A stretch of 64,000 bases of DNA from Tubiluchus corallicola (lineage: Eukaryota; Animalia; Priapulida): assembly GCA_030141605.1 (NCBI GenBank), contig JAQGDQ010000057.1, positions 62,001 through 126,000 of the forward strand, read 5' to 3'. Shown piece after piece: positions 13,701 to 26,643 of this stretch (positions are counted from its first letter, which is position 1; every line of letters starts with the position of its first letter). Below the pieces are notes generated by a model, which saw only the letters and a program-made list of their open reading frames with translations, did not search any database and was not told the DNA's origin. A program made the position numbers and the translations under genes.

Positions 13701-14398
13701 ACTGAGGCTACTGTTATGTGGCATGATCACGTTACATATAAAAATATGATATTACTACTAGTTTAATAATTTAAAATTATGTTTTGTGTTTTAACATCTT
13801 CAGTCATTAATTCCAAAAGCTAGAAAATCCGGAACTAGAAAGAAAATTTTATATCTTCTGTCCTGAATATGAGTGTGTTATGTTTAAAAAACTCTTAAAA
13901 TGTTTAATTACAGAAATCGTGTTTTCCAGTTAACTGTGTGGTGAAGAACGGCATTTCACTTGGTCATGTTAATAAATATTTTTATGATTGGTCACAGGTC
14001 TCATATGTGGATCCTATTCATCTTTTCTCCAGTCGGTAGTTTTCTCCAGAATATTCTGTGAGTGTGAATCCATATGGAACCCACATGAATCTGAACTGCT
14101 GTAATATCGTTTGTCGCTTTAAGTAACTAGGCTAGTCTGTCCTAATACGTAGTTTATAGGTAGTTTTTACTTTATAAAATGTCTTGATTGTTTTTTCTAC
14201 AATTAAAAAGTTTTAAATGAGTCTAGGCGGGTAGATGAAAGTAGCATTGAATGGTGTTTTAGATTACTCAAACTATAGGTATTACCTTAACAGGTATAGT
14301 AGGTTCTTAGTTAGGACTACTATAATTGTATATAAATTCCTAAAATTACTTCTTTGTTTTAGGTGCAAAGCATAAATCAGCTAAACATTAAGCTAAAG

Positions 14399-14534
14399 AT
14401 GTTCAGCAGTGGGCCCAGCTACAACAAATTGAAGACCAACCTGCGTCTTGCTATCAACAGATTAAAGCTGTCTGAAAAGAAAAAGACGGAATTAGCTCAG
14501 AAAGCACGCAAGGAAATTGCAGATTATTTGTCAG
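14399..14534 (+). CDS. IST1: IST1 (ESCRT-III-associated factor), coding exon 1
   Basis: Acceptor ttttag|14363, ATG at 14399, donor G|gtaggc. Encodes MFSSG..NLRLAINRLKLSEKKKTELAQKARKEIADYL. Confidence 0.96.
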
Positions 14535-15778
14535 GTAGGCGTATGTGAAAGAAGTATAACACTAGTAATCAAAAAGCCAAAAATGTTTCAACAGGCATGA
14601 ATCTAGGTCAGCAGATAAGTTGCTAGTGGATCTTGCATTTCATTGAAAATTCATATTTATTTTAAATTATGAAGTAAAATATGAAGCAATATTAATTATG
14701 AAGTCAATATTCATCAATATGGAAGCAAGCATTTCATGGAATTAGATTTCCTTGCTCAGTTTCTTTATGCATTTACATGTTATTTAGAATAACAAATGGG
14801 TGATGTGGATCTGATGAGGTATTTAAAGGTAAAAGGAAATGAATGTTAGTATGATCAGATTTCGTTCCGTGTGTTTTTGTGATCAAGCAATTATAATTAA
14901 TTCTTTAAAAATCACTAAAAGTTCATTTTCGGAAATTGCTGCTCTTCAATATATGCAAAGATGAGATCTTGTGTGAACTAACCGTAGTGCAATGATTTCT
15001 AAAATTTTATTCTACAGTACAAATACAACAGAATAAAAAAGAGGAAAATCAATTAAAATATGAAGTTCTCATTCCTTTACAAAACTCGTTTTTTTTATAG
15101 ATTTTTAACAGTTTAGCACTGTAGTTCTCATGTGACAGTTTTGTGTAAGATGTGGCATATAAGTCTTAGCAGTTACTATCGATATTCTGTTTTATCCACA
15201 GGAAGACATATGGTTACACAGAACATGTAAACTCGTAGTTTGACCTGTTTTTGGATAATTAAGTTGCAGTTTCCCTTTACAATAGTCAGTTTGTGGCAAT
15301 TCATCTCTCGTATTAACTTACCTTTAGAAAAAGAAAATTATTTACATCTAATTTGACTAGGACTCCAATGCTGATTAAATGTCTCATCTTAGAGAATTAG
15401 CATTTGTAACTCTTCAACAACAACATTCAAAATTCACTAGGTCTAGGTTTTGCCAGATTTTGGCTTGCAGTTTTTTGTACTGTGAATATCAGTTTTGTCT
15501 CTCATACATTGATAATTCTTGTATTATATATATTATATATTCTTATATTATATATTATATTACATTATATTAACAATTACGTGTATATTGCTTGTATTAG
15601 ATGCTAGCTTGTGTTCATTCTTAAGTAATCCTCATTACATATTTCACATCAAGATTTTCTAACACAGACTGCAATTTAAGTTCTCTAGTTTCACAGTTGC
15701 CAGACAATAATGTTTTTGTTATTACAGTTGTTTTTTAAATATTTTATTGTCGAATGAAACCTTCGAGTATGATTTCAG

Positions 15779-15911
15779 CGGGTAAAGATGAACGTGCAAA
15801 AATCAGAGTGGAACATATTATCCGTGAGGATTATTTAGTAGAAGCTATGGAACTGATTGAGATGTACTGTGACCTACTACTGGCAAGATTTGGCCTCATA
15901 CAACAAATGAA
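15779..15911 (+). CDS. IST1: IST1, coding exon 2
   Basis: Boundaries tttcag|CG...AA|gtatgt. Encodes GKDERAKIRVEHIIREDYLVEAMELIEMYCDLLLARFGLIQ. Confidence 0.96.
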
Positions 15912-16239
15912 GTATGTATATCGTGAATTTTGTACCCTAAATAATTGTATTGTAATACAACCAGAAGGAAGGAGTTTACAATTTTCGACACAATTTAAAT
16001 AACCTAACCCTAATTGTGTTAAATGAAATTAGAAATTAAGTGAACTAATTTCTTGTGTGTGGAGAATTGTAAACTTTAGCCAACCAGAATACAAATTTTC
16101 AGAAAGTTTTAGTACGTGAGCATAAAGCATTCGTTTTGTTCAATGTATGCTGCACATAGTGAATTTACAGCTTGTTGTTTAACCAGTTGATCCTCTAGTT
16201 TTTTTATCGATATGATGCATACAGTATGTCCAAACAAAT

Positions 16240-16615
16240 AATAATTATAATAATTTATTAGCCTCAAATCCATAAAATGCTCTAGGGCTTTACAATCAAT
16301 AATAGATAAAGTGTGAGTAAAAATATATCATGAATGGGCTTAAAAATTAGACACTACAATAAAAGTAAAAGCATAGTTAAATAATATATACAATAAAATT
16401 CTACAGTTAAAATTTAAGACATAATGGAAATCCAGTTTAAATTAATTTGATTACGTAATACAGGTTAGAAGCTTTTTCAAATAAAAAGGTTTTGAGGTAT
16501 ATTTTAAAAATAGATAGTGACTGCTCTGTATGAATAGATGTTTGATTCCAGAATAGTGGAACAGTAGATGAGAAGGACCATCTTCTACAAGTGACTAGTT
16601 ATGTTCTAGCAACTA
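16240..16615 (-). mobile_element. L2-type LINE 3' end remnant in an IST1 intron
   Basis: Minus strand reads RWSFSSTVPLFWN (L2 'RSFS..P.LWN' motif) and ends in an AATAAA/ATT-rich tail. Confidence 0.55.
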
Positions 16616-16761
16616 ACACTAACAAACACTAACAAATCGGGTGCAAAATTTCATTAAAATTAGTCAGATTCAGTTTGTTTGCTTTACAGTTTTTTATTTT
16701 GTGTTATATTAATTTATATCGTAGTTGGTGCCCTTTTATTTCACTTGTTATATATTTCCAG

Positions 16762-16983
16762 AACTGTAGATGATGGATTAGCTGAAGCAATATCAAGCAT
16801 AATCTGGGCAGCTCCCCGACTACAGACAGACATCCAAGAATTGCGTGTCATAGCCGAACAATTGGTCTCTAAGTATGGCAAGCCATATGGACAAGCGTGT
16901 AGGGAGAATTCGCTAGATCAAGTCAGCGAAAAATTAATGCATAAGCTGAGCGTACAAGCGCCACCTAAATTACTAGTGGAAAG
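16762..16983 (+). CDS. IST1: IST1, coding exon 3
   Basis: Boundaries ttccag|A...AG|gtaagg. Encodes DGLAEAISSIIWAAPRLQ...LMHKLSVQAPPKLLVE. Confidence 0.96.
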
Positions 16984-17851
16984 GTAAGGTTCACAGATGT
17001 GTAGAATTCTGTGAAAAATTATTTACTGTTCAACTTTGATTCTGTGAAGTGATAGGATTTTTAGAGCATATCTGCACTAGCTGTTTTTTATTAAGTTCAT
17101 CCTTAATATTGTAATTTGCCATATAAGGCTTTAGTAATACACCTAGGTCATTGTACTATACCTGTCACGATACATTTGCAGGTTTTATAAAAGAACTAGA
17201 TGAAACTGTTGATAATGGATTCTAAACATATTTTATCAATCAATACTTTTAGGGTTAGTAAATGTTAAAATAACTTGATGTACTGTTTGATTGCTAGTTA
17301 TTACTTCTGTAATGTGTAGGCTATTTTATGCATTGTAAGCTTCCAAAAATGCAAAACATTTAAAAGTTGCTTGTGCATTTTCTGGTTCACTTCTGCCATT
17401 TCACAAGTTTATATGTAGACAACGTGATTAGCCTACTACAGATTAAACATCTTGCATTTTTAACCACTTTGGCTGGTAGCAGTGCTTGTGTTAATCAATT
17501 ACTGCTCACTGCACTAATTATTACATATCTACAGTACACTCTACATCTGCAGTTTGAATACACATCTTCTTTATTGGCATACGGTCAAGAGCTTGCTAAT
17601 TTGCTAAATATCATTGACTCAGACTTGATTCAGACATACCATCATAAAAGATATCACGTTGCATTAATACATTGATGTATCATTACAAGTCAAAGGTTAC
17701 CTAATCCTTTTAAAAGAGTTTTTAAAAAAGACATCTTTTAAAAGAGATTTTTGTCATTTTCCTATTCATTGAAATCGTGTCTCATTCCAGTAGTTGCAAA
17801 TCTAGTTTTGGGTGTAGGTAAAGCTAAGTAAATGTGCATTGCTGTTTTTAG

Positions 17852-18116
17852 GTATCTGATAGAAATAGCCAAGAGTCACAATGTGCCCTATGAACCTGAT
17901 CCATCAGTCATGCAGCAGGATGAAGTATTTGCAGCTGAATCACAACTCATAGATTTAGGTGGCAAACTTCGACCCCATCCCCCTCCGGGGCCAGGTGGGC
18001 CATCATATCATGGGGGCGGAGGTGGAGGCGGCATGGTGCCGCCGCAAATGGTCGGAGGTCCAGGGCCCGGTCCACCTCCTCAACCTTTTGCATACTCTGT
18101 ACCCCCAATTCCTAAT
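17852..18116 (+). CDS. IST1: IST1, coding exon 4
   Basis: Boundaries ttttag|G...AAT|gtaagt. Encodes YLIEIAKSHNVPYEPD, then a Pro/Gly-rich linker. Confidence 0.92.
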
Positions 18117-18817
18117 GTAAGTATATAAAATTATTATTATTTCCACACTTTTAATGCTAACTGTTGATGCAGGACATTTCTGTTAGTTAGAAGACATTTT
18201 TGTTTTACGAGGATGTTTGCCAAATGTATTATCAAGTATTTGGACAAGTTCAAGGAAACAACAATAAATCGTTTGAAATATTCTGATTAGCAAGGTGGTA
18301 GAGTAAATTTGATACTATCGAGTGGAAGATGCATTATTATTCTTTAATTTAAGAGCACTTAAGCAAGTGCCAGTCTTGGTACTTACGTTGACACCAGGTT
18401 TTGATGGACGGTGTTTCATGTTTACTTATAAATACTGGATTTATATGTCTGCACTGGATGTCCTCATTTTTTCTAAGAACTCTCCTTCCTGTTCCTTATT
18501 ACTGCATTAATCTTGTCTGCTCTAGGCAACTGATTGATTGTTCTTGCCTATGGTACAAATGATCCTCTTCGTTCTTTGCTTTTCCTTTCTTGTTTTTCAG
18601 CTCGTCTGTTTTGTGTTGAAGCTTTTTACATTTTGTTTTACCATTAACTGCCTTTTTACCTTGACTGTTTCTGAACTTAGCTGTAGTAATTTTCTTGTTG
18701 CAGTGGACTGTGTTTTTTGCCATGATTCATGAAAGCCTTTGATGATGATTTGATTTCACGGATTTATCCACATTTGTTTATATCTAAGTTTGTTATTATT
18801 ATTTTTTGCATGTTTAG

Positions 18818-19213
18818 GTACCATACCCAGTGCCCGGCCCCTTTCCCACGCCGCCTCCCGGTTACAGTTATCCACCTTCTGGTGGGCGTTTTCCCTCCCC
18901 TCCCCGTCCTGATGAACCCTCTCCTAATTATAGTGACATTTTTACTGATTCATTCCATAATGACCCACCTACACAAAATAATGTACCTCCTTCGCAGCAG
19001 CAAGATGCAAAGCCACCGCTACCGAAGACGCCACCGAAGTCTGCTCCGAGTCCGGATGATACTCTGAACCTCCCGGAATTACCAGCCGTCCCAGTTAATA
19101 GTTTCCCTAACATGGGGGGAACAGTTGGTGGAGGTTCTACAGCAACTGGCGGAGACGATGTGGATTTTGATGATTTGACAAAAAGATTTGAAGAACTAAA
19201 AAAGAAGAAATAA
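18818..19213 (+). CDS. IST1: IST1, final coding exon (MIM2 and MIM1 motifs)
   Basis: Acceptor gtttag|GTA, stop TAA. Contains LPELPAVP (MIM2-like) and DFDDLTKRFEELKKKK (MIM1). AATAAA near 19316 and 20521. Spliced CDS is 1152 nt = 383 aa. Confidence 0.94.
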   Translation, partial: VPYPVPGPFPTPPPGYSYPPSGGRFPSPPRPDEPSPNYSDIFTDSFHNDPPTQNNVPPSQQQDAKPPLPKTPPKSAPSPDDTLNLPELPAVPVNSFPNMGGTVGGGSTATGGDDVDFDDLTKRFEELKKKK

Positions 19214-21069
19214 TGAACACATTGTTCGTTTCATTATTTAACTTCATTCATTGTAGGGCTGTTTTTGTCATTACTTCAAGTTATTTTTATATGTTTTTAG
19301 CAGGTAAATACAGCAAATAAATGTTCTTGTCACTCTGAATTACTCCTTTCTATTAAAAACTGTGAATTATCATTGATGAGGTACGTCTGATTTTTAAGAG
19401 CAGAATGAAATTTAACTACTCTAAATGTTAGTAGATCTTTGCACAATTTTTAACGTGTTCGTATATTGTCCTAGTGGATTAATTTTTGTCAACCATGTTA
19501 ACCTAAAAAATTTATTCGTATGTGACTAATTAAAAATTTAATTTAATAATCACTATTCATTAATCTGTTACTAGTTTATAGCTACCGAATTTCATTAATT
19601 CATTGATGAATTTATAGCTTATGATAATGGTAGTCCTCGCTGTTGAATTCATGTGAACAGATCAGGTTAATGTCTCGGTTGATAACAACGTTAATATCTA
19701 GACTATTACCTTGTGTTATGTAAGCATACTGGTTTGCTGTGATTAAAGTAATGTACAGTTTGACTTGTTAACATTTGCTGCCTTTTATAATTTAACTTAG
19801 TAGTGTCCAAGTAGTTTAATTGGTGGGCAGTAAAGCCAATATAGCAGGTTTGTATTACCAGTGAAATCAAATTAGAAGCATTTATCTAGTGTGATGCATT
19901 AATAAGAGTATAAGAGTACAGCAACGCATACTGCATTCAGGAATAATTCAGTTTTAACATTTTTTCAAAGTGTCATTACTGGTAGTTATTAGTTTGGGAG
20001 ACATTAGTTTGAAAAATTATTTCACACTTTGTTGTCAATGATTGTGATTAAATGGAAAACGACGCTGATGTAAATACAGTGTGTCTTAGAGACTCATTTA
20101 AAATGGTAGTCAGTACTGGGAGGAATTTGAACTGCATCAAGCTTTCGAAACTGTAACTGCAGGTACAGCTCAGGTGGATCTGTTTGGCATGTTTAAAATG
20201 TGACTAATTCTATCTTTGGATTAAAAAGTTTGGATCCAACAATTGTCACTATGATTACCTGCTGTAATGATTAATGATGGCTTTCATGTACAATTGGAGA
20301 CTTGTAGTGATTTTCAGATCTTGTTATTATTATTGTTAGAAATTAGCTCACTGTAATACTATAATGTCTGGAAAGCTAAGAGATCATAATGAGCCTTTGT
20401 AAATGCAGACGAATATGGAAAGTTATTTATGCTCTGCATAATTATGGAATGTAGATTAATATGTTTAATGCTACAACAGAGCTGTAAATGGATTGGAAAG
20501 TTATACTTTTTTAAAATTACAATAAAATGTGAAAAATAATTTGTTTGTTTGTGTAGTAAAGTATCAATAAGTTGTTTGTTATGTAAAGTTTAGTATTAAT
20601 TGTTATTCAGCTTTTGTAAGAAAACTTAAAAAAAACTAACAAAATATCTGCACATGCATGACATAACATTTTGCTTTATTAAGCTTATATAGATATAGAT
20701 GAAACATTGGTGGTACAATTGGGATTGGTATTTGGTCCTGATGATTCAATTCATCCCAAAGTAAACAACTGCAACATTGGCCATTATAATCTAATAATGG
20801 TAAAATGAAACTAAAATTATGACTGTGTAAATTGGCCAAGTATTCCACCTTATTAGCTTCTTTCAGTTCTTGACATTTTTTAGATAACTGAAGGGAAAAC
20901 ATGTAATTTGTTGGGAAAGTTATTTTGCGTGTTACTGCTCAGTCATCAACTTCGTCGTTTAGTAATTAATGAGCTTAGTAGCAGCAAAGTGTAATTGAGC
21001 ATTTCTATATTTTAGTTACATTGTTACTAACAAATTTTGTTTATTGTTTGTAAAAGCTGGTTAATTTTT

Positions 21070-21360
21070 AAAAAGAAGCCGGAATTCTCTTTGGATCAAC
21101 AGTTACTCAAGAGAGTCTGCTTGCTACATAAACCCTAGTTGAATCGAAACTGGCTATCCGTGCTAGATTTTTTTTTAAAGATTTCTGCTAAGGCAGCTGC
21201 GAAATATCAAATCACGTGTCGCGGTTAGCATGTTTATCATACTGTTAAAAAAAGTAATGTTTTGGTAACACTCCGGAAATTTGCAGAAAGGTTCATTTGA
21301 GAAAAAATAATAAAAGTAACTGGTGACGAGCAGCTGTGACCCAATTACTAAAGCGTACGT
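21070..21360 (+). promoter_or_regulatory. Candidate promoter/non-coding first exon of the FASTKD5-like gene
   Basis: CCGGAA (ETS-like) at about 21079 and 21273, E-box TCACGTG at about 21212, possible donor |gtacgt at about 21355. The first coding exon has an acceptor at 22901, upstream of the ATG. Confidence 0.35.
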
Positions 21361-22099
21361 ATCCATGTATGTCTAAAGTACAGTATACTTGAGCGTGGTT
21401 TGTTGCGTACACACGAAGTCACAGAAAAGAGTGAACTTTCAGCATTTAATTAACTAGTATAATGGCTTAAAGTACAGTGTACTCGGCTTTTGCATATTGC
21501 GGATTTTTTGTCGCGCCCAGTTGTTTGCTTTACTATGTATTTATACGTTTTTAATGCGTTTTTTACCTTAGCCTTAGGCTTTAGTTTAGGCTTTACCAGT
21601 CGTTTGCAAATTAATTTACAGTTAAATTTTATCCGTCATTCTTGGCGTTGCAAAACGTTGTCGGGCATGCACTGTGTGAAAATAATAAGTCACTGAGCGG
21701 CTTAGCACCCATGCAATACACTGCAACTCGCTACTGATATGTACAGTACTCATCAGGTGATGAATTCTACTGCAAAAACTTTTTGTACGAGGGATAAACA
21801 GAAGTTTTGTGCAAATGAAACTGACAGACTTTTTTAGCTCATTGACTTTACTGAACATGTTACACAACTATACAACTGAATGTGTGTGTGCAATTTAATA
21901 TGAAAAATTCAATATTTTTTTTTATTGAGGTTACATAAAATAGTTTTCATTGAATTTGAATATACTGCAAAGTAGATGGTATTTGACGGCATCTTCTAAA
22001 AGTGCTTTTACATCCTCTATGAAGCCACACGTACATTATTTACACACTTTTATTATTAATACGTACATCACATACGTATATGATTAGTCATGTATGCTT

Positions 22100-22620
22100 A
22101 TAGAGGTTTGCAGGACACTACATCCATGTCATCAACAAGTCAAAGAAAGAGTATATCAAGCCCTGGTCAGACCCAAACTAGAATATGGTATTGCAGCCTG
22201 GAACCCATACACATTTACTGACATCAAGCACATCGAGCAAGTCCAGCGAAATGCAGCAATTTGTACGAAATGAATATACCAGAAATGCTGAAGTATCTAG
22301 GATGATTTCCGAACTCGGGTGAGAAACACTAAAAATTAGACGCCGACAAACGATACTAAACATCTTTCATGATATAGTGCATCACAGGATAGGTATAAAT
22401 TTACCAACTTACATCACCCCATCTCTCAAAAATAACAACAAATTTGTTCAGCCCTCAGCAAGAGTGAATATTTATTTATACTCCTACCCCAGAGCAATAC
22501 GTTTGTGGAACAAGCTTCATCCAGATATCAGAGAAATCCCTTCTAGAGATCACTTCCGAGCACAAGCACCCTCTGCTGTTTCTACCATGAGGGTGCCATC
22601 CTACCTAACCTAACCTGTCT
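22100..22620 (+). mobile_element. CR1-like LINE ORF2 3' fragment
   Basis: Reads KERVYQALVRPKLEYGIAAWNPY..IEQVQRNAA and YSYPRAIRLWNKL. Confidence 0.85.
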
Positions 22621-22953
22621 GTAAATCTAACTGTGTTTTTAGCCTGCACCCACCATGTTTGTTTTGCTTGTTTCACCTCTTCTCATAACCTCTAATACCA
22701 TCATCAGTTAGCGAGTTGCAGCGTGTATGCTAACCATGTGCACCCCAAAACTTCTTGTATGTCATCAAAGACTTTTTAGAAGTTTATTATTCAAGATTTC
22801 AAGAGTACCTCGGTTATAGAGTACCTTTTTCTGGGCCCCTAACAGGTTTACTATAATGATGTTATACTGTATATATATCTTTTTTTGTTTCATTTGAGCA
22901 GCTTCTAGTGGTCCTGCTGGTAGTTCATTAGCTACTGAGAGGACGTTGATGAA

Positions 22954-24601
22954 ATGATGGGGGTAGGTCGCTCACGACTGACTAGGCTTGCTCTCATCTC
23001 TAAGTATGAGTGCAGAGAATGGCAGCATACTTTTTTACAGCCAAAGGCAAACCTTTGTAAAGTTTATCCTCTTACAATGTGGCATGTTCCAAGCTGTGTC
23101 ATAATTAGGTATTACATTTTCTCTAAAATGCCCAAATGCCACTGTATTCAGAAACTGTTTTCAACAAATTCCGAAGACCAAGCTTTCGTGCAGCATGCAG
23201 CTGCTGCTGAGTTGGTTGATGGACTTAATGGCGATGAAGATGGTGATGGTATGCTGAGCTTTGGAGATAATGCTTACAGAATGCTTAAAGCTTCAGATAG
23301 ATATGCCAGTCACATGTTTCACGATTCCAACTTACCAGTTAGAATGAGCAAGAAAAGATCTGATGAAGCTTTGAAGAATTTACTTTGTAATAAAGATTTC
23401 AGTGGTGATTTGACAAGCGAAGATTTTCTTAATGCAGTCTGGCTACTTGCTGTATGTGATGAATATGTGTTAAAGAAAGCTTTAGACCCGTACACTGGAG
23501 ATCACAAACTTGCTCTGCTCTTCGAAATAGGTATTAAACATTGCACTTCATTTTCGAATGATCAGCTAGTGAAGTTACTATCATGTTTTGTTCGATTAGG
23601 AACAGCGAACAGCCACTTGCTGACTAGTATAGTTCTTCATCTTGAGGAGGAATTTTGTAAAAGAGTCAGTCAATGGGATATTGATACTCTTTTAATGGTA
23701 GCTGACCTCTGGTGTGCAATTCGAGGAAAGTCGAAAAAGTTTCTGTTAACTGTACTACATTACTTTGCTAAGTTGCCTGACAAAGAATTCAATGACATTT
23801 TCTTGTCGCAGACTGTTCACTTGATTTATTTAACTGGCGTATGCCGCGGTGGTCCGCACTTCAATTTCTTTCAAAGGCTTGAAGCAAAGTTACTGAAAAT
23901 TGTGCAAGATCTTAGTGCAGACGAAGTGGGGATTGTCTGTCATGGTCTCTTCAAGGCTAGTGTTAGAATTGATTCTGCTGAATTGTTGAATGCATTTGCT
24001 GAAAAAGTTATGGATAACCTGCATTTGCAACAAAATTCTTATTGCCTTGTGAGTGTCTTGAAGCAATTCCGTTATTCAGGTTACGCGAAAAAGCAGTTTT
24101 TTGATAAACTGGGAAGGTATTTGCTTAGCCATCTACAGCACGAGAATATGGCGCTGCTGAATCACTATGCCAGTGCTTATGGAAGTGCAAGAATGTACGA
24201 CAAGTTAGTTTTTGATGTGTTTCTGCATAAAGCAGTCAGTAACCTCAAGGAACATCAGCAGCAACTCCAGAGAAGTGACCGTCTAGAACAACAAAAGCAA
24301 CGTCAGTATCGCATGCAGCATCATGCTGTGATCAGAGCCATGCAGCAGCACCCTGATGTTCGTGCTCGATCAAAGGACATTTCGAGGTTCATGTGGGCAA
24401 TTACCACTGTTGGGCATCCAGTTCCTGATTCTGTCATTAGGGTCTTTGTGACAGAAATGAAGAGAAGGTTGGCATCCAGGGAACTATGGAGGTACCCTCA
24501 TTGTTTGGTGGACTTTCTGTACTCACTTGCCTTGAGAGGAATTTATCCAACTGAGCTTCTTAGTGTTGCATTGAGCAGCCGTTTTCTCAAGTGTCTTGAA
24601 G
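22954..24601 (+). CDS. FASTKD5: FAST kinase domain-containing protein 5-like, mitochondrial, coding exon 1
   Basis: Long ORF with an Arg-rich N-terminus and helical repeats (LLMVADLW, EVGIVCHGLFK, RSKDISRFMW, YPHCL..LA..YPTELL..ALS..F). Donor G|gtttgt. Confidence 0.88.
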
Positions 24602-25174
24602 GTTTGTTTATAGTGTTTGTGAAATTTATTGTTTTTTTACCTACTGAAGAGGGAGGCGCTATTTAACTACTACCACTAAATAGATAACTTCGCATATATT
24701 TTTGGTTAATGCCGTCTCTTACCTTTGAATGCCAAACGAAATGCTTAAAGATGCCAAGCAAAATGTGATAAAATCGTTGAAAACAATGAACCTACCTTCA
24801 GTTTCAGTGATTTCTCTGGTTTTGTTTGTTATATGAATTAATGTGTCCAGTAAGTAGCAATCCTAATAAATTGTATTGTTTTGTGAATTGTTACTTCTAG
24901 TACAATTTGATCAGCTTAGTTATCCCAGTGTTCATTTTCTTGACAGTTGATGCGATGAATTTTTTTTGAAGCACTGTTGTGAATTTTGTTGGCTTGTTAT
25001 AAATTCATAATTGCAATTTTGAGTATGCTTGCTAAGAATAAGTTCTTTCAACAACATTAAGTAACATGCAGGCAATCAACTGAAGTGTCATCTTCATTTT
25101 CAAAAAGACAAGTAAAATTCCTAAAAAGTAACATTCTAGTAACTAAATCTTGATTTGCCCAAAATTTAAATATA

Positions 25175-26120
25175 CAGTAGGTGCCGCTTAATAGACTCAC
25201 TCTGGGACCGAAGTGTTTTGACCCAATAAACCGACTGAACCTATTAACCGATGGGTGTAGTATTACTGGTATAGTTTAAGTCACCAGCTTAGTATGCACA
25301 GCAAAGGTTTTTAATGAATTTTCGAAACAGAGTAATGCCTAAATTCCTTTGTGCCGTTAAAAATTAAAAAAATTGTTTAAAACATTAATTTATGTTTGTG
25401 AATCAGAAATAAATTAAAAAGTATTCTTTTTAATTCACAAAAAAATTCCTTTCAAGTCGGCTGCTTCATTTTATCATGAAGAAGTTGGCTCACAAGGTTA
25501 TCATAATGATAAAAATGTTGAAAATTTGCTGTTGTATGATGCACATATTCTCGTAAAATGCTTAGTGCTTGGCATGCTTGAATTGTTGGTGGTGCCCGTG
25601 TTTTACTACAAGTATAGCTTCGTCTGTAGTTTCGCCTAAGCTCCTGCAGGCTATAATTGTGATGTGCTTCTGTACTGTACCTGCGTCCCTGGCATAACAG
25701 CAACATCTTACTGATTAATCTTTTGGGCAAAGACATTTTCTGGCACTTCAAAAACAAACTGCTAAGCAAGTGATTAAATGTTTAGCTTCCAGGAATTCTT
25801 GGGTAACGAGGTTAATTGCAGTGGACCCCCCTGACAAAGCAAACCATTAGGCTAGCATAATTAGCATATGACAAACATTCCTGCTTACAAACAAAACGGT
25901 ACTTAACATGATTGTTTCTATGTGTATTATAGGACAAAAGCAAACTAAGATGATATGAAAGTCACTTGAAAGTGTCTTATTGAAGCATGTGAAGCAAAAA
26001 TATTATGCATAGTTATTTGAGTCGTTACCTGCAGTTTTTATGTACATTAGGATAGAAGCGGCCCATACCTGGCATTTTTGAGTCAATTAAGCGATTGAGT
26101 CTATTAAGCGGCATGTAATG
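25175..26120 (-). mobile_element. Internally deleted pogo/Tigger (Tc1/mariner) DNA transposon
   Basis: TIRs TA|cagtaggtgccgcttaatagactca ... tgagtctattaagcggcatgtaatg|TA with TA duplications. The minus strand keeps a Tigger-like C-terminus (QALSILREY...KMKQPT). Confidence 0.8.
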
Positions 26121-26394
26121 TATTTGAAATGTAGATCAGATACTCAATATGAATTTGTTCTGTCAGTGTGAACTTTAACTATCTCTGTTTGTCTTCATTA
26201 TTCATCTGTAGTTCTTTATGCCAAAGTGATTCATGGTTATAGGTAATTTTAAACTTTTCCTTTCTACAGCCAGAAATAAACTGCTATTCAGAATGAAGTT
26301 CAGAATATTGTGTTGTATTTGTTTAGATTATAAGTAATAACCTATAAGTAATAAGTAAGAGATTAGAATAGTAAGTATTATTTCCATTTTATAG

Positions 26395-26643
26395 ATTTAG
26401 CCATTTATGCTCCAGCTCGACAGCTATTAGTATTGGACGGTTCCATAGACATTGAATGTCCTAACTATGTAGGATATCGTCTGCCAGAGCAGTTCGTGCA
26501 GAAGCATCTAGTAACGGATGCTGTGTCGTATGATCTGTTATGGAAAGAAGGATTCAAGGATACATACAATTTGGTAACGGACGTGCTGGGCGGACAGAAG
26601 TATGCTTTGTGTCGGAATGTTATTCAACATTTCAAGTCAGCTG
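26395..26643 (+). CDS. FASTKD5: FASTKD5-like, coding exon 2
   Basis: Boundaries ttatag|AT...G|gtgagt. Contains QLLVLDGSIDIECPNYVGYRL, like FASTKD5 'LDGTVGIECPDYRGNRL'. Confidence 0.88.

Noticed and set aside
24602-24666. Hydrophobic C-terminal tail of the 570-aa ORF as a membrane anchor
   Set aside because: It is intronic. Splicing at 24601 joins in frame to the conserved downstream FASTKD5 exons.
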